Source: an uncultured Kiritimatiellota bacterium | Lineage (GTDB): Bacteria; Verrucomicrobiota; Kiritimatiellia; RFP12; DVOR01 | Direction: 5' to 3' | Length of the DNA stretch: 64,000 bases | NCBI GenBank assembly: GCA_944389545.1 | Contig: CALXMT010000001.1 | Span: 138,682 to 202,681, forward strand | Shown: positions 60,152-64,000 of the stretch, piece by piece | How the letters are laid out: each line of letters begins with the position of its first letter | Numbering within the stretch: the stretch's first letter is position 1 | The notes under the pieces: generated by a model | What the model was told of the DNA's origin: nothing | Databases searched by the model: none | What the model saw: only the letters and a program-made list of their open reading frames with translations | Position numbers and translations under genes: made by a program

Positions 60152-61381
60152 TTAGCGAATGGCCTTGGCGATGCGGGCCATGGCCTCCTCGACCTTGGCG
60201 CGGTCGTTGAAGGCGGAGATGCGGATGTAACCCTCGCCGCACTTGCCAAAGCCGGCCCCCGGCGTGGTGACGACCTGCGCCTCGTGCAAGAGACGGTCGA
60301 AGAAGGCCCAGGAGTCACCCTTGACGTTGACCCAAACGTACGGCGAGTTGTCGCCGCCCACGCAGTCAAGCCCGAGGGCCTGGATGCCGGCGCGGATGAG
60401 CTTGGCGTTGCCGAGGTAGTAATCGACCTGCTGGGTCGTCTCGCAAACGCCGTCCTGCGAGTAGACCGCCTCGGCGGCGCGTTGCACGGGATAGGAGACG
60501 CCGTTGAACTTCGTGGTGTGGCGGCGGTTCCACATCTGGTGGAGCGGCACGGCCGTGCCGTCCTTGGCGTAGGCCACCAGCCCCTGCGGGACGACCGTGA
60601 AGGCGCAACGCACACCGGTGAAGCCGGCCTTCTTGGAGAAGGAGCGGAACTCGATGGCGCAGTCACGCGCACCGGGAATCTCGTAGATGGAGTGCGGGAT
60701 CGCGGGGTCGCGGATGAAGGCCTCGTAGGCGGCGTCAAAGAGGATGAGCGCCTTGTTGGCACGGGCGTAGTCGACCCAGGCCTGGAGCTGCTCGCGGGTG
60801 GCGACGGCGCCGGTGGGGTTGTTCGGGAAGCAGAGATAAATCAAGTCGAGCGGCTCACCGGCGGGCGGCGCGGGGACGAACCCGTTGGCGGCGGAACCCT
60901 CCAGATAGACCAGCCCCTGATAGCGGCCCTCGACGGCGGCGCCCGTGCGCCCGGCCATCACGTTGGTGTCCACATAGACGGGATAGACGGGGTCAGGGAT
61001 ACCGATGCGCATCCCCTCGTTGGCGAAGAGTTCCTGGATGTTCGCGCAGTCGCACTTGGAGCCGTCGCTGACGAAGATTTCAGAGGCCTGGATGTCGCAC
61101 CCGCGGGCCTGATAGTCGTTCTTGGCGATGGCCTCGCGCAGGAAGTCATAGCCCTGCTCCGGGCCGTAGCCGCGGAAGGTCGCCTCGTGCCCAAGTTCAT
61201 CGACGGCGCGGTGCATGGCCTCCAGGCAGGCCGGCGCGAGCGGGAGCGTCACGTCGCCGATGCCCAGGCGGATGACGGCGGCCTGCGGGTTCGCCTCTTG
61301 ATAGGCGCGCACGCGCTTGGCGATTTCAGAAAAAAGGTAAGAAGCCTGAAGCTTCCCGAAGTTCTCGTTGACAAGAATCAT
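60152..61381 (-). CDS. dapL: LL-diaminopimelate aminotransferase
   Basis: 409 aa. '[15 protein letters not shown]' PLP-lysine region and N-terminal '[13 protein letters not shown]' characteristic of DapL. Confidence 0.8.
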   Translation of the reverse strand: MILVNENFGKLQASYLFSEIAKRVRAYQEANPQAAVIRLGIGDVTLPLAPACLEAMHRAVDELGHEATFRGYGPEQGYDFLREAIAKNDYQARGCDIQASEIFVSDGSKCDCANIQELFANEGMRIGIPDPVYPVYVDTNVMAGRTGAAVEGRYQGLVYLEGSAANGFVPAPPAGEPLDLIYLCFPNNPTGAVATREQLQAWVDYARANKALILFDAAYEAFIRDPAIPHSIYEIPGARDCAIEFRSFSKKAGFTGVRCAFTVVPQGLVAYAKDGTAVPLHQMWNRRHTTKFNGVSYPVQRAAEAVYSQDGVCETTQQVDYYLGNAKLIRAGIQALGLDCVGGDNSPYVWVNVKGDSWAFFDRLLHEAQVVTTPGAGFGKCGEGYIRISAFNDRAKVEEAMARIAKAIR

Positions 61382-61384
61382 GAA

Positions 61385-62323
61385 TCAACTTCCGTGTTTA
61401 TGTCTGGTTTGCGTGTAAAGGGGGGTCAGAATCCAGCGGCGATTGAACCAGAACCACTGCTCCGGTTGCTCGCGGATCTTCGCTTCAAAGAGGTCCCACA
61501 CCTGCTGCGTGATACGCACGGCATCGGCGTCCGCATCGGCCTCCAAGTCCGGAAAGATGGGCTCGCCCAGATGCAGACGGTGGTGGTCCGCGTCCAACCG
61601 CTCCATAAAGAAAGGCACAATCGGCACGTTCGCCATGCGCGCGAACTTCGACACGCCCTTGCCCAACTGCACGTCCGGCTTGCCGAAGACAGTCACCGGG
61701 ACGGCGGGCTTGTTGTGGCGGACGTCCGGCAGGATGGCGAAGGCGCCCCCACCCTTCAGGTGGTGGACGATGCGCACAAAGGCCGACGTGTGCCGCCGGT
61801 CCAGCGCCTCAAAGTTCTCCAACCGGTTCCGCTGCATCCACGCTTCGACGTACGGGTTGTTCTGCGCCCGCGCCAACGCCATGAGCGGGATGCCGAAGCG
61901 TGAGCACGCCACACCGGCTAGGTCCCAGTTGCCCATGTGCGGCAGGGCGATGACCGCGCCGCCGTATTTGTCGATGATGGCCCGCAACTTTGCCCGGGCC
62001 TTGTCCGTCCCTTCCAGGTGCGTCCGCAGATAGTCCAAGTCCATCCGCCCCGCATGGAAGAGCTCCACGAAGTTCATCATCAGGTTCCACACGGACCGCC
62101 GCGCAATGAAGCGGATCCGGCCGATGGGCGTCTCCTGCCCAAAGACCTCCCGCACACGACTGACCGTCTCTGACTTCAACGGCCAGAAGAGCCCGAAGAC
62201 AACGTAAAGCACGCCACGCAACGCGCCCCCCACCCAACGGATGGGGAACGCGGTCACGAGCGCTTGGACACTGCGAAGGGTGGCATACTCCACCCAATTG
62301 CGGAAGGTATTTCGGGACTTCAT
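61385..62323 (-). CDS. lpxL: Lipid A (Kdo2-lipid IVA) lauroyl/myristoyl acyltransferase family protein
   Basis: 'ALPHMGNWDLAG' HX4D-like acyltransferase motif (H-M-G-N-W-D). Confidence 0.7.
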   Translation of the reverse strand: MKSRNTFRNWVEYATLRSVQALVTAFPIRWVGGALRGVLYVVFGLFWPLKSETVSRVREVFGQETPIGRIRFIARRSVWNLMMNFVELFHAGRMDLDYLRTHLEGTDKARAKLRAIIDKYGGAVIALPHMGNWDLAGVACSRFGIPLMALARAQNNPYVEAWMQRNRLENFEALDRRHTSAFVRIVHHLKGGGAFAILPDVRHNKPAVPVTVFGKPDVQLGKGVSKFARMANVPIVPFFMERLDADHHRLHLGEPIFPDLEADADADAVRITQQVWDLFEAKIREQPEQWFWFNRRWILTPLYTQTRHKHGS

Positions 62324-62328
62324 GAGCC

Positions 62329-62805
62329 TCACTTGACGCCGACCGTCGAGGCGATCATCTCCATCACGTCCTTGCGTGTGGCGGTCGCCAGATCCGCGGC
62401 TTCCTGCAATGTCTCGATACGGGCGCGCACCGCCAGCAACGTCTTGCGATACTCCGCCAACTGCTCCGTCAGCTCTGCGACCTTCTCGCCGGCGGTCTGC
62501 GCCGCGGCCTCGGCCTTCACGAGCATTCGGCGCGTCTGCAACAGCTGCTGCAGCATCTCACCGGGGTCGGAGTCCAGGTCATCCAAGTGCATGCTGTCCG
62601 GAATCGGCACCTGAATGATGGCACCGCAAACCGAGCACGGCACCTGCAGGCCCGCCGCACGGTAATCCACCGCCAACTGATGCCCGCACTCCGGGCAATC
62701 AAAGACAATGTCGGTGGGCATGATCTCGGCATCGTCCTCTTCCGGCACATCCACGGCGGAAGCGGTGGGATCGATGTTCGGGTTCTCGTCGTCGTTGAGT
62801 TCCAT
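62329..62805 (-). CDS. Hypothetical zinc-ribbon (CPECG...CSVCG) / coiled-coil protein
   Basis: RBS 'aggagg' before ATG (MELNDDEN). Cx2C-x16-Cx2C followed by a heptad-rich C-terminus. Confidence 0.45.
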   Translation of the reverse strand: MELNDDENPNIDPTASAVDVPEEDDAEIMPTDIVFDCPECGHQLAVDYRAAGLQVPCSVCGAIIQVPIPDSMHLDDLDSDPGEMLQQLLQTRRMLVKAEAAAQTAGEKVAELTEQLAEYRKTLLAVRARIETLQEAADLATATRKDVMEMIASTVGVK

Positions 62806-62839
62806 GAGACCTCCTTGGCTATGCTTACAGTCTACCAAA

Positions 62840-63130
62840 GCCCACCCGCTTCACGCAAGTACCTTGTGGGGCGGCTGTGCCGCCCCGGAGAACAGAGAAC
62901 GGAGAACGGAGAACAGAACGCGCGGCAAGCGCGCGACCGGCGAAGCCGCCGTCCTGAATCTCCTGCATCTCCTGAATCTCCTGCGCGGCCTTTCCAGGAA
63001 AACGAGAGAAACGCAAGGGATGGGCACGGTAGTGAGGCCCGCAGGGCCGAACGGTGAAGTGCCCAGGCCCTTGCGTTCCTTTTGCGTCTTCGTGGAAAAA
63101 TGCACGTCCGTTCTCCGGGGTGGCAAGGCC
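62840..63130. repeat. Composite repeats (D-rc, C with (aatctcctg)x3, B-rc)
   Basis: 62870-62945, 62950-62990, 62995-63100. Confidence 0.8.
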
Positions 63131-63135
63131 GCCCC

Positions 63136-64000
63136 TCAATGGACAGCGAGCAGGTCACGGTACTTCGGGAGCGGCCAACGCGCGTCATCCACACGCGTCT
63201 CCAGCCCATCGACCACCGTGCGCAGGTCCGCCATCGCGGATTGGATAGCCCGCGAGTCCGTCCCCGCAAGCGTGGTCTCCAGCGTGGCGCAACGCTCATG
63301 GAGCGCCTCCAGACCGGCCCCGAGCGCCTCAGCCGTCTCGCGCATGCACCGCGAACCCGCGGTCAGGCCCACGCGCTCCATCGTGCTCAACGCCTGCGCC
63401 AAGCCCGCGACCTCATGCGCCACCACGGGCACAATCATCCCGCGCGCGATTTCCAGCGCCACCTTGCCTTCCAGGCGCACCTTCCGCTCGAAGTCCGCCA
63501 CAAAGACGTCATGCCGCGAGTGCATCTCCGTCGGCATCAACACGCCCTGCGACTCAAAGAGCGCCAGGTTCTGCTCCGCAATCTGCGGCTCCAGCGCCTC
63601 CGGCACCGTCCGCAGATTCGGCAACCCGCGCCGTGCGGCCTCGCGCACCCACTCCTCCGAGTAACCGTCGCCGTTGAAGATCACCCGCTTGTGGTCCTTC
63701 AGGACCGCCCGCAGGACCTTCCCCAGCCCCTCATGGAAACGCCGCTTCGGCACCTTTCCGATAGCCTCCGCCAACACCTCCATGCTCTCGGCCACGATGG
63801 TGTTCAGCACCATGCACACGCCCGAGCAGTTCTGGCTCGCGCCCGGTGCACGGAACTCAAACTTGTTCCCCGTGAAGGCGAAAGGCGACGTCCGGTTCCG
63901 GTCCGTCGCGTCCCGCGGCAAGGGCGGCAACGTGTCCACCCCGATGCGCAGCTTCCGCGCCTTCCCGTCACCCGCCGTCGAGACCGTCCCCTCCTCGATG
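63136..64000 (-). CDS. glnN: Glutamine synthetase, probably type III (C-terminal portion; gene continues beyond window end)
   Basis: 'DRNRTSPFAFTGNKFEFRAPG' parallels the GS 'NRSASIRIP...EVRFPD' active-site region. The reading frame is open to position 64000. Confidence 0.55.
   Translation of the reverse strand, partial: IEEGTVSTAGDGKARKLRIGVDTLPPLPRDATDRNRTSPFAFTGNKFEFRAPGASQNCSGVCMVLNTIVAESMEVLAEAIGKVPKRRFHEGLGKVLRAVLKDHKRVIFNGDGYSEEWVREAARRGLPNLRTVPEALEPQIAEQNLALFESQGVLMPTEMHSRHDVFVADFERKVRLEGKVALEIARGMIVPVVAHEVAGLAQALSTMERVGLTAGSRCMRETAEALGAGLEALHERCATLETTLAGTDSRAIQSAMADLRTVVDGLETRVDDARWPLPKYRDLLAVH

Noticed and set aside
58897-60762. The full 621-aa track ORF as the PFK gene
   Set aside because: Only the 3' 400 codons (from the ATG at 60096 with a 'ggagg' RBS) match phosphofructokinase. 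The 5' 220 codons are antisense to dapL and low-complexity.
60096-61381. Exact start coordinates of dapL and the lpxL-like gene near 61381
   Set aside because: My manual base indexing disagreed by 1 nt with the supplied ORF-track coordinates in this stretch. I report the track coordinates. The ATG/GTG choice for the lpxL-like start (62323 vs 62332) remains ambiguous.

Overview
This 64-kb window is about 70% GC and looks like chromosomal DNA from a Gram-negative bacterium (LpxL-family acyltransferase, outer-membrane porin). The organism appears to be anaerobic or fermentative: the window carries pyruvate:ferredoxin oxidoreductase, PPi-dependent phosphofructokinase, class II fructose-bisphosphate aldolase, a hexokinase-family sugar kinase and the DapL lysine-pathway aminotransferase. 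Most of the window is tightly packed housekeeping genes. These include recN, an aroK-aroB fusion, a hexokinase-family kinase, a RecB-like PD-(D/E)XK nuclease and a fused AhbA/B siroheme decarboxylase. There is also one large minus-strand phosphate-starvation cluster (dppBC-like permeases, porin, pstSCAB, phoU, response regulator, sensor kinase), a siroheme-type nitrite/sulfite reductase, and a PTS-EIIA/CBS protein next to a ClC channel. On the plus strand, 36.3-44.0 kb holds aspC, agmatinase, mnmA and a fused MurU-AmgK. Further along are prmA, an orphan parA, trpB and tRNA-Pro(TGG), then fba, PFOR, pfp, dapL, an lpxL-like gene and the 3' part of a type III glutamine synthetase.

Two things stand out. 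First, an accessory block at about 10.6-19.9 kb holds a single-polypeptide Type ISP restriction-modification enzyme (1,613 aa; Mrr-like nuclease, SF2 helicase, N6-adenine methyltransferase, target-recognition domain). It is convergent with two tandemly duplicated genes for an AAA-like ATPase fused to a C-terminal PD-(D/E)XK nuclease motif. The two copies share 100%-identical internal stretches, and a third 3' remnant follows. The convergent genes are separated by a periodic array of five 15-bp imperfect palindromes ('gaccc-ttata-gggtc') at about 23-bp spacing. Second, almost every intergenic region longer than about 100 bp is occupied by members of at least nine families of dispersed 50-190-bp repeats. 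These are often stacked into 0.7-1.0-kb composite arrays at 48.3-49.1, 53.8-54.6, 55.7-56.7 and 58.2-58.9 kb, and they contain 9-bp microsatellites with variable copy number. They are not CRISPR arrays. One family sits immediately 5' of five different minus-strand genes and may carry promoter activity.
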